Shown: positions 1-12,789, counted from the first letter of the stretch. The stretch is 64,000 nucleotides of DNA from Haliotis cracherodii (GCF_022045235.1 NW_027266308.1:51026001-51090000); one strand, 5' to 3'. Made by a program: numbers and translations. The notes: generated by a model from the letters alone, not told the origin.

Positions 1-1520
1 AGATAGAGCTGACAGTATTGATGATAGATGGATGGAGCTGACAGTATTGATGATAGATGGAGCTGACAGTATTGATGATAGATGGATGGCGCTGACAGTA
101 TTGATCATAGATTGATGAGCTGACAGTATTGATGATAGATGGATGGAGCTGACAGTATTGATGATAGATGGATGGCGCTGACAGTATTGATCATAGATAG
201 ATGGAGCTGACAGTATTGATCATAGATGGAGCTGACAGTATTGATCCTAGATGGATGGAGCTGACAGTATTGATGATAGATGGATGGAGCTGACAGTATT
301 GATCATAGATGGATGAGCTGACAGTATTGATCATAGATGGATGAGCTGACAGTATTGATTATAGATAGATGGAGCTGGCAATATTGATCATAGATGGAGC
401 TGACAGTATTGATAATAGATGGATGGATCTGACAGTATTGATCACAGATGGATGAGCTGACAGTACTGATCATAGATAGATGAGCTGACACTATTGTTGA
501 TAGATGGAGGGAGCTGACAGTATTGATCATAGATGGTTGGAGCTGACAGTATTGATCACAGATGGATGAGCTGAAAGTATTGATCATAGATGGATGGAGC
601 TGAAAGTATTGATAATAGATGGATGGAGCTGACAGTACTGATCATAGATGGATGAGCTGACAGTATTGATCATAGATGGATGAGCTGACAGTATTGATTA
701 TAGATGAATGGAGCTGACAGTATTGATAATAGATTGATGGAGCTGACAGTATTGATCACAGATGGATGAGCTGACAGTACTGATCATAGATAGATGAGCT
801 GACACTATTGTTGATAGATGGAGGGAGCTGACAGTATTGATCATAGATGGTTGGAGCTGACAGTATTGATCACAGATGGATGAGCTGAAAGTATTGATCA
901 TAGATGGATGGAGCTGAAAGTATTGATAATAGATGGATGGAGCTGACAGTACTGATCATAGATGGATGAGCTGACAGTATTGATCATAGATGGATGAGCT
1001 GACAGTATTGATTATAGATGAATGGAGCTGACAGTATTGATAATAGATGGATGGAGCTGACAGTATTGATCATAGATGGCACTGACAGTATTGATCATAG
1101 ATGGATGGAGCTGACAGTATTGATCATAGATGGCACTGACAGTATTGATCATAGATGGATGAGCTGACAGTATTGATCATAGATGGATGAGCTGACAGTA
1201 TTGATCATAGATGAATGGAGCTGACAGTATTGATCATAGATGGATTGAGCTGACAGTATTGATCATAGATGGATCAGCTGACAGTATTGATCATAGATGG
1301 ATGAGCTGACAGTATTGATTATAGATAGATGGAGCTGACAATATTAATCATAGATGGAGCTGACAGTATTGATCATAGATGGATGAGCTGACAGTATTGA
1401 TCATAGATGGAGCTGACAGTATTTGTCCTAGATGGATGGAGCTGACAGTATTGATCATATATGGATGAGCTGACAGTATTGATCATAGATGGATGAGCTG
1501 ACAGTATTGATCATGGATGT
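1..1520. repeat. Minisatellite, ~26-31 bp unit GCTGACAGTATTGATCATAGATGGATG(G)A; runs off left edge
   Basis: Dozens of adjacent near-identical units; explains repetitive ORFs 303-587 and 698-901. Confidence 0.97.
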
Positions 1521-1551
1521 GTTGACAGATCAAGGATCATAATGAGTGATT

Positions 1552-1718
1552 GAGTGAGTGAGTGAGTATGGTTTAACACCGCTTTTATCAATATTCCAGC
1601 AATATCACGGCAGGGGACACAGAAATGGACTTCTCACTTTGTACCCATGTCGGGAATCGAACTTGGGTTTTCAGCGCGACAAGCAAATGCCTTAACCACT
1701 AGGCTACCCCACGGCCCC
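1552..1718 (-). mobile_element. tRNA-headed SINE, family A ((ACTC)n tail)
   Basis: Reverse complement matches the copy at 4140: A box TAGCCTAGTGG, B box GTTCGATTCC, tail GATATTGCTGGAATATTG...(ACTC)n. Confidence 0.92.
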
Positions 1719-2282
1719 TAAACCAATGATAAGCATATCTTACCATGGTGCAGGGACATAACAATTCACAATAAATTGCAGTGCATTAGACCAGCATGTT
1801 TCTTTAGTAGATGTATGCAGTTTCATGTTTGCTTGGAGCTATGGATGTTTTTATTTATCATAGAGGATTTTCTATATTTCTCATGAAGAAGCAGGAGTGA
1901 GTGAGTGAGTCTGTGAGGGAATAAGGTAGTGAGTAAATGGGAGAAGTTCAACATTTCAACAGCTATATGATGGCAGTAACTTATCAAGTGTGGGCCAGAC
2001 AAACCAGTTTTTGCTATTATGAGCAATGACCCACCAGAGAACACTGACACTCAGTCAACCAAGCCCGACCACCCAATCCCCATAGCTGCATCAAACAACG
2101 AGCAAGGGGTACTACAGACCACAACCCTCAAGTATACAGCTCAGACAGCCATAGTACTAACAATAGCCATTTGTACCGTTGCCCGGTTTCACCTTGCTGT
2201 CTGTGAGCCTATGTTCTAGCTCTAAGTACAGGAGTAACGACAGATGTAGGGATTTGTGAAATGCAACACTGGTTCCTAGATC

Positions 2283-2745
2283 ATCAAGCAATATCTTGGA
2301 GACGAATCTCTCCTACCTCCAAAACAAAAAGTCATATTATCAAATTTGATGAAACTTTGATTGTACATACATCAAGCAATACCCTGGAAACAAATCTCTC
2401 CAACCTTTGAAAGGTCATATTATCAAACTGAAGAAACTAATTTGATGAAACTTTGATTGTACATACATCAAGCAATACCCTGGAGACAAAACTCTCCAAC
2501 CTTTGAAAGGTCATATTATCAAACTGAAGAAACAAACTTGTTGAAACTTTGATTGTACATACATCAAGCAATACCCTGGAAACAAATCTCTCCAACCTTT
2601 GAAAGGTCATATATTATCAAACTGAAGAAACAAACTTGCTGAAACTTTGATTGTACATACATCAAGCAGTACCCTGGAAAAAAATCTCTCCAACCTCTGA
2701 AAGGTCATATTATCAAACTTGATGAAACTTTGATTGTACATACAA
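2283..2745. repeat. Tandem repeat, ~80-95 bp unit, about 5 copies
   Basis: Recurring CATCAAGCAATACCCTGGA...CAACCTTTGAAAGGTCATATTATCAAA...GAAACTTTGATTGTACATA. Confidence 0.93.
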
Positions 2746-3872
2746 GCATTGTACAGGTGGACAAACAACAAGACTCTGTGAATACACAATGCCTTTTAGA
2801 AAATGGTCAAGTGTAACATGTCATATTTTGGATCACACTTTCTTAGGAAAGTACAACTTCTAGTGCTGAAATCATTAGGTGCCTCACTCTGAGAGTGTGG
2901 GTTCAGATCCCAGACACCACCCACAAAAATATTTGAATTTGTAATTTACTTAGAAAATGTAATCCCAAATATTACACAAGTAAGAAAACCAATGTCCCCA
3001 ATAATATCAAAGCACAAAGATTTATTTCAATATCAAAACAAATTCTCCAGAAAAATGGAACCAACAGCAAAGATTTTCACAAGTGTCATCTGCAAAGCAT
3101 TAGCCAATGTATCGCAGCAGCCAAAAAGTACGCACAATATAGTTTTGTACTGGTTTGTTAAGTACATGAAACAAGCCCTGTTGAAACACCTGATGGAAGT
3201 ATCCAGCCCCCAGGCCTGACATAAACCACTCAGAGGGCCACAAACACTTGCTGCAGCAACACTCAGGTAACATTGATTGATGAGCAGCTGTAGTGAACAG
3301 TGTGAAGGCACTCAATCAAAGTGATCAGCAAACTAAACAATGATTTTTGTTATCTTTTGATCTCTTGACAAATAAAATGCATCACATCTGATGTGTAATT
3401 GCACAGCAGTTTCTATCAACACAGATCCATGATTAATTGTGGAGTGGACAGGTGAATACAGTACCTCGACATCATTGATTTATCTAGACTGCTCAGACAC
3501 CGGTATCGGACCCATGTCTGCATCAAATGTCGGTCAAATTTCCAAAATGAAGATAACAATTTCCAATTCATGTTGGTTATAACAAATATATATAGGTGAC
3601 TTTATTTCACTTATCACAGAAACAATAAAGACAAATTATTGTATTGAAAGCAATTGTATACTATCTCTATAGCTAAGAAAGAAATAACATTAAAAATAGA
3701 CCCCAAATGTATTGAAAGCAATCGTATACTATCTCTATAGCTAAGAAAAAAATAACATTGAAAATATATCCCAATTTTGCACAAAATGACTGTTATTTCT
3801 CAATTTGCCTGCCAAAGGCACTTAGTTTAGAATCCTTGATACATCCCTGTGGAACCTTTCTTATCTTTCAAC

Positions 3873-4075
3873 TTTAACACCAGACTCAGCAATATTCCAG
3901 CTATATGACAGCAGTCTGTAAATAATCAAATCTGGACCAGACAATCCAGTGATTGACATCATGATCATCGATCTATGCAATTTGGACACAATGACATGCA
4001 TCAAACCAAGTCAGCAAGCCTGACCACCTAATCACATTAGTCGCCTCTTACAACAAGCATAGTCGCCTCTTACGG
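3873..4075 (-). mobile_element. Family B short retroposon, 5'-truncated
   Basis: CAGCAATATTCCAGCTATATGAC...TCTGGACCAGACAATCCAGTGATT...TAGTCGCCTCTTAC matches full copies. Confidence 0.88.
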
Positions 4076-4139
4076 CACTGAATATCCTCAGTGAGATACT
4101 GCTGAATCCCAATCATTCCCCACAACTCTGACTATACTG

Positions 4140-4300
4140 GGGGCGGTTGGGTAGCCTAGTGGTTAAAGCGTTCGCTCGTCACGCCGAAGACCCTGGTTCG
4201 ATTCCCGAAATGGGTACAATGTGTAAAGCCCATTTCTGGTGTCCCCCGCCGTGATATTGCTGGAATATTGCTAAAAGAGACGTAAAACCATACTCACTCA
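4140..4300 (+). mobile_element. tRNA-headed SINE family A, full length with 14-bp TSD
   Basis: Head GGGCGGTTGGGTAGCCTAGTGGTTAAAGCGTTCGCTCGTCACGCCGAAGACCCTGGTTCGATTCCC (tRNA-Asp-like GTC loop); TSD CTCTGACTATACTG at 4126-4139 and 4301-4314. Confidence 0.95.
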
Positions 4301-5057
4301 CTCTGACTATACTGACTGGACACCCAAGCTGTCTTGGCATTCAGGGGAAGTCAAATCCTATATATCACATTGACAGTCAGACCTTTGCAATTATGACTCA
4401 TCTGCTTCTTCAAAAAACAGTTTTCAAAAGATAAGAGGAGGTTTTCTACAAATAAGTGGTACTTTTGTTTATTTTGATTTATTAAGTTTTAACAATTGCA
4501 CAGAAAATAACACAAATTGATGATGGGTTAACATTAGTAACTGAAGATAAACCATTAATATTCTGCTGGAACAATCTGGTAATTAAACAAAAGTATTCAC
4601 ACTATTTTGAAGGGGTTTGATCTGTAAATTCTTCATCAGAAAGTAATTGTAGGTTATTGTACTCAGTGAGTATCTCAGTTACAGAAACCATGGCAACTAA
4701 AATGATACAGCCCTACAGTCTTTCAGATGCACTCACATAAACCCTGGACTATAAAGTCAGAGATTTTCATCTGTTGCAAAACCAATTCAGTGTATTTTTT
4801 ATCTGTATATATATAGAGAGAAAGATTTCAAAATAGGCAATATGGTATTATATGCATTGTTCTGAGGTGTGGTGGAATGCATAGTTCTCAGAGGCGATTC
4901 CAGGATTTTGAAAAAGAGAAGGTGATGTGACTTTGCTGAGGGCACAGTTAACAGGTAAGGTGTTTAAAGAAAATGGGGGTAGCACACCACTTGCATTTTC
5001 CTTCTGGATCGACCAATCGTTGTCAACACCCCACTCTAACAATAACACAAACATAAA

Positions 5058-5327
5058 GGACCCGTGAAGAGTCCGGGATAGAATAGGTCTTCAGCAACCC
5101 ATGCTTGCCGTAAAAGGTGACTATGCTTGTCATAAAAGGTGACTAACGGGATCGGGTGGTCAGGCTCGCTGACTTGGTTGATGCATGCCATCGATCCCAA
5201 TTGCGTGGATCGATGCTCATGATATCAGTCACTGGATTGTCTGGTCCAGACTCGATTATTTTACAGACCGCCATCATATAGCTGGAATATTGTTGAGTGC
5301 GGCGTTAAACAACAAATCTACCAGCCA
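5058..5327 (+). mobile_element. Family B short retroposon, full length (no tRNA head, structured 5' end)
   Basis: Starts GACCCGTGAAGA; ends GCTGGAATATTGTTGAGTGCGGCGTTAAACAACAAA; probable TSD ACAAAcATAAAG / ACAAAaATAAAG. Confidence 0.9.
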
Positions 5328-6834
5328 ACAAAAATAAAGATTGAGACCATGAACAAAACCTCTCTCAAATCATGTAAGGATGAAGGGGCCAAAAGATGCC
5401 TGGCAACAGTGTGTAAAACATGCCAAGAAGTTGATATCCTACATCTTGTCTCTGTATCTAAGGATGACAACATTTTCAAGTGTAGGAAATCTATGAGATA
5501 ACATGGCAGCTGAATATCCATGGGCCATCATACATCGAACATAGTTCATGAGACCAGCATGGGTTTGCAATTCCCATGATCCTGTGCTCAGTCAGATATT
5601 CTACAGTTCATCTAGAAGGACCCTGGAGTATGGAGCTGGATAGTCATAAACACAAGTCTTTGATAGGAATTTAGAAGTTGGAAGAACATGAATAAATGAG
5701 ACTTTTTATGTGACCATTCACTTGATGAAGGAGCAAGAAGGAGCTCTGAAATGTCGTGACAAAGAATATAAGAAGTTGCTATCCATAAAAAGACATTTGA
5801 TCTTTCCAACTTTCACATCCGGCAATTTCCTTAATTGCCAACAGTGTCTGAGTCCACCAGTATCAATCATTTAGTACACAAAAGGGAGTTGAGATCATGA
5901 GTGAATGTGATTTTATGCCATACTCAGCAATACTGCCTACACATCCTCAGATTTATTAGCCAGCTGGGAACAGACAAGGGAGGTGTTACTTAAGTAGTAA
6001 GTGCCCAGTAGGTATCATTGCTTTGATCACATTTGATTATAGATTGTGGGGATGATTCTTCTTCTTGCCTGAGTGAACTTTTGTTACATCCCAGCCAGCA
6101 CCAGCATATTTCCTCAATGTCGATAACAGATACTTACTTCACTTCTTCCTTATGACTGAGGTAAGGGGTTTCATATACAGACTCACATACATTTCAGTTT
6201 GAGTAATAATGACTACACAGGTCAACAGATTATTTCTCCCTTGTGAATCAGTGTAGTAAGTGCATCCCCACCTTGGCCTGGCTTCTTGCCATCAGCTCAT
6301 GAGGGAGAGATGCTCAGTATTTCCTTGTATATTATTGTCTAGACCATGCAGTGCCTGTATGGTTTCTGGAGCAGACAGCCAAGCCTGTCTGTTAAGCACC
6401 ATTCGTTTGTAAAAAGACTATAATATGATACCATATAAAAAATAACACTTTTATATGGAAATAGATAGCTTTTCTGTTAACATTTACTGATGTCTCATTT
6501 AGGGTACATGACTTCATTTTTTCTCAAGTTATAAGTTCTCAAACTAAAACATAACCAAGAGTGTTTGTTTTAAGAAACAGCAAATTGTCAGTGCCATGTC
6601 TAGACCAGACAATACTCAGAGAACTAATCATGGCATCTCAATCACATCTACACAAGGCAGTGTACACAAGGCAGTGTTGATCTTGGCAAGTTGGGCAATA
6701 GATTGAACTTTCATCATGATTAAATGTTATATGTATGAGATGCAGTTCTCCTTCACAGTTTGAAGTGACTCCCATCCTCCCTTCCACTTTCAGCAGACAA
6801 AGTGACACTACTAGTCTTTGTCCTTTTCTAGGAC

Positions 6835-7487
6835 AATGGTGCATGAATACCAGGTCTTGCAGGTAGACAAAGGTCAAGGAATAGTTGGTCTTTCAGATGG
6901 ACAGTGGTAGACAGTGGTGAATAGATACCAGGTCTTTCAGTTAGACGAAGGTCAGTGAATACTTGGTCTTGCAGGTAGACAAAGGTTACTGGATACCAGG
7001 TCTTGCAGGAAGACTGTGGTCAATGAATACCAGGTCTTTCAGTTAGACAAAGGTCAATGGATACCAGGTCTTGCAGGAAGACTGTGGTCAATGGATACCA
7101 GGTCTTGCAGGAAGACTGTGGTCAATGGATACCAGGTCTTGCAGGAAGACAAACGTCAATGGGTATCAGGTCTTGCAGGAAGACAAATGTCAATGGGTAT
7201 CAGGTCTTGCAGGAAGACAAACGTCAATGGATACCAGGTCTTGCAGGAAGACTGTGGTCAATGGATACCAGGTCTTCCAGGAAGACTGTGGTCAATGGAT
7301 ACCAGGTCTTGCAGGAAGACAAACGTCAATGGGTATCAGGTCTTGCAGGAAGACAAATGTCAATGGGTATCAGGTCTTGCAGGAAGACAAATGTCAATGG
7401 ATACCAGGTCTTGCAGGAAGACAAACGTCAATGGGTACCAGGTCTTGCAGGAAGACTGTGGTCAATGGATACCAGGTCCTCCAGGTG
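6835..7487. repeat. Minisatellite, 34-35 bp unit CAATGGATACCAGGTCTTGCAGGAAGACTGTGGT
   Basis: Periodicity at 7021, 7055, 7089; the stop-free unit gives ORFs in all three + frames. Confidence 0.96.
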
Positions 7488-7587
7488 GACCTTTCTAAAA
7501 CTATGGTTACTGGCAGAAAGTTATTTGTCCTTTTCTAAGACTATGGTTATTGGCTCCAGTTATTTGTCCTTTTCTAAGACTATGGTT

Positions 7588-8230
7588 AATAATTTTGAAA
7601 TGTGAAGTTTACACAATACACAGCTTTTCCATTGGATGACCATGAAACTGATGTTCATAAGCATATGAGCGACACATTTTGATGTTCGGCCAATTGATTA
7701 ATGATGACAAACACTTGTTATCACCACAGGTTCATCAACAACACAACAACATCATCCCTCCCTTCATGTCTATCGGGTCGGCCATTTTGACATCTTGTAC
7801 TTGAGTAGTTCATAACAGAACTTTCTCATATAATGATGATATTATTTGAATATATTTGTTGTCAACAAACTACAAAAGATGTCAATGTAGAACAATGTGA
7901 TCATGCATACGCTCACGTCACCTATCCTTTTGAGGAACTACTTCATTCCGTGATACAGCTGGTTGTTGTATGGCTGTCAGTGTAAACATGAAGTCACACA
8001 TACTAAATAAAATTCTGTACAGATCTACATCCTTTGAGGTAACAAAGAGTGACATAAAAATTATAAGAACTGACTTTCACTTTGTGTGAGTTCCTTGAAG
8101 TATGGGCCAAACAGTGAAGGCCAAATATTGTGTGAATGTCGTGATAAGCTCCGACGTTCATACAGTTCGGCCCTCATTCTATGAAGGTTTATAGACCAAT
8201 GAATACACACAAAGTGAAAGTCAACTCTTT
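7588..8230. mobile_element. TIR-less insertion with terminal palindrome (possibly non-autonomous Crypton-like)
   Basis: Interrupts a short TCCTTTTCTAAGACTATGGTTATTGGCTCCAGTT array; inverted repeat TGACTTTCACTTTGTGTG (8071) / CACACAAAGTGAAAGTCA (~8206-8223). Confidence 0.55.
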
Positions 8231-9074
8231 ATTGGCCCCTGTTATTTATCCTTTTCTCAAACAAGGGTTATTGGCTCCAGTTGTTTGTCATTTCTAAGGC
8301 AATGGTTATTGGCTACAATTATCTGACAATCTGGCAAATGACTTAGGGTGTTTCTTCAAATATGAGCAGACAATGGCTCTGGGTATTTCTTCTTTTCTAA
8401 GAGAGATGTGTCAACGTTCCTCAGGCAATGGAAACTTACTTCTTTCCTCCAGGGGGTGTGGGTCACCCAGGATTGTAAGGTCTACCAATTCCCTGAGCAG
8501 GATTGTTGTTTTTTTGTTTGTTTTTTGTTTAACGCTACACTCAGCAATATTCCAGCTATATGACAGCGGTGTTTAAATAATCGAATCTAGACCAAACAAT
8601 CCAGTGATTAACATTATGAGCACTAATCCATGCAATTGAAATACGATGACTTACATCAACATACTCCAGTCCAGATACTTTTTTGTCAGTTTCATGTTTA
8701 GAGCAGTATGATACCCACAAGATAATCCAGTCTGCTGAAGTTTTTACAATGAAGGCTGCACTCCAGCTTGCTAATACAGCCTGTTGGTGATTTCATTTTG
8801 AGAGCCAAACTTTAGCCACATTGAAAGCAGTACGGTCAATCCAGTCTGTTACCGTTTTCATGTTGACAGCAGTACTTACGTCTTGTGAGTTCATTCTGTG
8901 GAAGAAGGCTTTATGTTGAGAGCAAAACTGAAGCTCATTGCATACTCTGCCTAGTGAAAGTTTAGCATTGAAAGTATAATCCAGTCAGGTTAGTTCAGCC
9001 TGTTATAGGACTCTAGCCTGTGCAGTCTGTTAAAGGTTTCAAGTTTATAGTAGGACTCAAGCCTGTCCGTTTCA

Positions 9075-9428
9075 TCATGTTGAGAGCTGGACTCTGACCA
9101 GTTTGTTGAAGGCGTCGTGTTGAGAGCTGGACTCTGACCAGTTTGTTGAATGCTTCGTGTTGAGAGCTGGACTCTAGCTAGTTTGTTGAAGGCTTCGTGT
9201 TGAGAGCTGGACTCTAACCAGTTTGTTGAATGTTTCGTGTTGAGAGCTGGACTCTAACCAGTTTGTTGAAGGCTTCGTGTTGAGAGCTGGACTCTAACCA
9301 GTTTGTTGAAGGCTTCGTGTTGAGAGCTGGACTCTAACCAGTTTGTTGAAGGCTTCGTGTTGAGAGCTGGACTCTAACCAGTTTGTTGAAGGCTTCGTGT
9401 TGAGAGCTTGACTTGAGCCAGTTTGTTG
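9075..9428. repeat. Minisatellite, 40 bp unit CGTGTTGAGAGCTGGACTCTAACCAGTTTGTTGAAGGCTT
   Basis: Exact 40-bp period (9121, 9161, 9201, 9241...); degenerate units extend to ~8690 and ~9580. Confidence 0.96.
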
Positions 9429-9792
9429 GAATAAATCATTCAAAGTGGTCTAACATACAGCGTCAATTGAGAGCAGTACTCTTTCCAATGACATTGTGTT
9501 CAGATAGCATTGATGTAGCTGCCATCTTGACCAGTATCCTCTCTGATAGAATGGCTTTATGTTGAAAGTAGTACCTAGCCATAACTGCCATGTCAAACAT
9601 GACAAGAAATGGTGAAACCTTTCACAATATCATATCTTTAGATCAAAAGTTGTCAGATATACACCCTACCATTGGATATACAGAACTGTTGAAGGATTAG
9701 GGGCATGTATATGGCAGCCAGTCTTGATCAAAACTGACAAAATATCCTCTGAAGTTTCTGTAGTGTGGAAATGAATCATCAGGAAGTGATTC

Positions 9793-10061
9793 TTTGTTTG
9801 TTTGTTAATTTGTTTAACGCGCACTCAGCAATATTCCAGCTATATGACAGCGGTCAGTAAAATGTTTGAGTCTGGACCAGACAATCCAGGGATTGATATC
9901 AGAGGCATCGATCTTCGCAATTGGGAAACGATGACATGCATCAACTAAGTCAGCGAGCCTGACCACCCGATCCTGTTAGCCACCTCTTACGACAAGCATA
10001 GTTGCCTGTTATGGCAAGTATTGGTTGCTGAAGACCAGTTCTAACCCGGATCCTCATGGGT
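9793..10061 (-). mobile_element. Family B short retroposon, near full length
   Basis: Matches 5058 copy in reverse; head reads CACCCATGAGGATCCGGGTTAGAACTGGTCTTCAGC. Confidence 0.9.
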
Positions 10062-10443
10062 GAAGTGTTCTGACACCTCTTTCTTGTAATAATCACTGAA
10101 TGATCTCTATGTTGGATAATGATATTATTCACTAAAAACAAACTTCATGTATCAACAAGTTTCACTGATTGTTTTAACTCAGCATCGATTTGAACAGGCA
10201 AACATATATAGAAAAGCCACATCTTTAAACACACCATGCTGTGAGAGAGAGCAACTTTGGAGTAATGCTGAGATACATCACAGCCAGTGTTTTCAGGGTT
10301 AAACCATCCACCACCAGTAACAGAAGCAATATCAACACCTGGAACTGCTGAGTGCTCACAAGTTGACTTTGCATGACCTACAATTTCACTGTCTTGCAGT
10401 GACCATCTATGACATCAGACTTCTATTCCATAGAGGAGCTATG

Positions 10444-10616
10444 TGAGTGAGTGAGTGAGTGAGTATGGTTTTACGCCACTTTTAGCAATATTCCAGCAAT
10501 ATCCTGGCGGGGGACACCAGGAATGGGCTTCACACATTGTACCCATGTCGGGAATCGAACCTGGGTCTTCGGCATGACGATCGAAGGCTTTAACCACTAG
10601 GCTACCTGACCGCCCC
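10444..10616 (-). mobile_element. SINE family A
   Basis: Full consensus match; imperfect TSD CATAGAGGAGCTATG / CATAAAGTAGCTATG. Confidence 0.93.
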
Positions 10617-11090
10617 ATAAAGTAGCTATGAGATAAAGAGCAATGAAGAACAAAACATGGTTTATTTCCCGATAAAACACTGTTTCACCATGACGTCATT
10701 TCTGGAGATTCACATATGCGCTCATTACTTGTTGACATCATATACTGGACGGCGTTATTTTATAGAAGTAAGGGTATAGTGAGTTGTTCCCCATAGATGT
10801 AGCTGGGGTACACTGATAAATGCAGTGGCCAAACGATCGAATGAAAAAGTGGGAGAGATATGACAATCGGTATTGGGAGAAAACGTACAGAAAATTGATG
10901 TGAAAATTGTGAGAACATGCGGGAAAGACCAAATTCAGCATCCCTGTTCATAAAATGTACTTGTCCGACATTGCTGTGGTCGGATTCTATTTAGGGAGTC
11001 ATCATTATTATATTACGGGTAAATATTTTTAAAGCGTGTACTTTTTACTAACATCCTTAAAGAGGCTGTACAGTATGTTGATATCTCATA

Positions 11091-11262
11091 TAAGAAATAA
11101 AGGACTTGTGTCTGGTGTTTATCGTACAATAAAACACTGCAGGGAGAATAAACCATCAGGGCGCAGGGAGAATAAACCACAAAGGGCACAGGCCCTTATG
11201 GTTCATTCTCCCTGCAGTGTTTTATTGTACAATAAACAACTCCTACTCAATGTTTATTTCTT
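11091..11262. repeat. Long imperfect palindrome, probable end of a Crypton-like/foldback element
   Basis: TAAGAAATAAA..GTACAATAAAACACTGCAGGGAGAATAAACCA mirrored by TGGTTCATTCTCCCTGCAGTGTTTTATTGTAC..TTTATTTCTTA; sub-motif ATAAAACACTG recurs at ~10672. Confidence 0.8.
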
Positions 11263-12789
11263 AAAAAAGCACAAAGGTAAGCACCATTAGCATAAGTCCC
11301 CTACACTGTGTGTCTTGTACTGAAACAAGAGTGATCGAGTGAGTTGGGTTCAATCACTGCATGTTAGTTTAACGTTGGAAAAGGCTTCAAATGATGCAGG
11401 TCAAAGATGTTTACAACTTTGTTCAATTCATCAGGGTATGATGTTGATAAACCAAGGACCATAATCAGGAAAATGAACCAAACATCAGCAGATCCTGGTA
11501 CAACTAAGGGATGTAACACAACACAGCACCTTTGACTCTTCAACTTTGACCCTGTGGCACCTTTGAACACATGGCAACCAGTTATGCTCCTACTGATATT
11601 TGGTTATAGCTTTTGATAAAAAATATAAAAAATAAGAAAATGAATATGCAACTGCATATATAGTCTTATATCCTTTTGCTCTTCATCTGGGTTTATTTTG
11701 AATGGAGTTTTTCCACCTGAAGCAACATATCTGAGAAACATCTGAACTGTCCTCTACACCAGAGAGACACTGTGTGACACTTTCGGCTGACTCTCTTCTG
11801 TCAGACCACCAACTACCATACTAATGTCACCACAGTAAACTAAAGTAAGCCATTGATGAACAAGTACAAGTGTGATCAGACATTAGGATTTCAATTCCCA
11901 AACAACCCTATAAATGTTGGTAGCCCTTACAATTCTATTGGCTTTTTCATCAAGTACATACCAAATATGACTTTTATAATGTATTTCTGTATGATAGGCT
12001 CATAAACAAAATGACAAAGAAACAGTTTTTTCTATACAATTTAAACGCCAGAGAATAACCAGTCTCGATAATCCTCTGAAATAGATTCCATTGGAACTAT
12101 AAGACAAAACAGTGATGAAAATTATAGGAGTGGATCACTAAAAATCGGTGATGACACAGGTGTTCACAAAAAGTGTAAGCATGGCCTGCTACTCCTAAGT
12201 CACAGTTGATTGGTTCGTTGTTTTACGCCGCACTCAGCAATATTCCAGCTATATGACGGCGATCTGTAAATATGGGTTGAAAGAAATACAAGATACAAGC
12301 ACAAGTGAACATATTTTATGTCAATCTGCACTCATTGGACTATGTGTTTCAGTAAGATGCTTTTGAAATATGGATTCAACAAATTTTCTTTTCACAACCA
12401 TGATGAATGCATAGATTACAATTTTCAGAAAATATGAAACCTTATTTCTGCTCAGGGATTGTCTTTAACTAAAATAAGCCCTTGACTATTGAGAAAGGTT
12501 TTATTCTACTTTTAGAGACAGATTATGACAGGGAGCCTAGACTGGTCCACATGCATTTTAGCGTTTCATGCTGCACACGTCAATACTCCAGCTATATCAT
12601 GACAGCTGTAAATAATTAAGCTGAGGCAAGACAAACCAATCGTTGATTCAATGAACAAGGTCCAGTGTTGTTGGGGTACAATGCAACACAATCAACCAAC
12701 TCAATCAGATCTTCTCATCAAAAACAATACTTCTCTGCATTAAGATCGAAAAACACTCCACAAAAGGTTGCATCAGGTGAACCCATTTT

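Noticed and set aside
2518-2553. Hammerhead-like geometry ATCAAA-CTGAAGA-AACAAACTTGTT-GAAAC-TTTGAT in the ~90-bp tandem repeat
   Set aside because: No room for a cleavage triplet between GAAAC and stem I; stem II is not conserved in neighbouring units and two units lack the core.
3466-3517. Possible minus-strand exon (tttgatgcag...GAG|gtactg)
   Set aside because: Weak polypyrimidine tract and weak donor; no supporting evidence.
4140-4215. Functional tRNA genes at SINE heads (families A, C, D)
   Set aside because: No proper acceptor stem, fused to SINE body and tail, flanked by TSDs, multi-copy and diverged.
5059-5155. Canonical HDV-like or pistol ribozyme assignment for the family B head
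   Set aside because: Could not place the HDV P1/P3/L3/P1.1 order or the pistol P2/P3 junction; kept only as an unclassified structured RNA candidate.
7016-7605. Three overlapping 155-182 aa ORFs
   Set aside because: Produced by a stop-free 34-35 bp minisatellite; the same peptides cycle through all frames.
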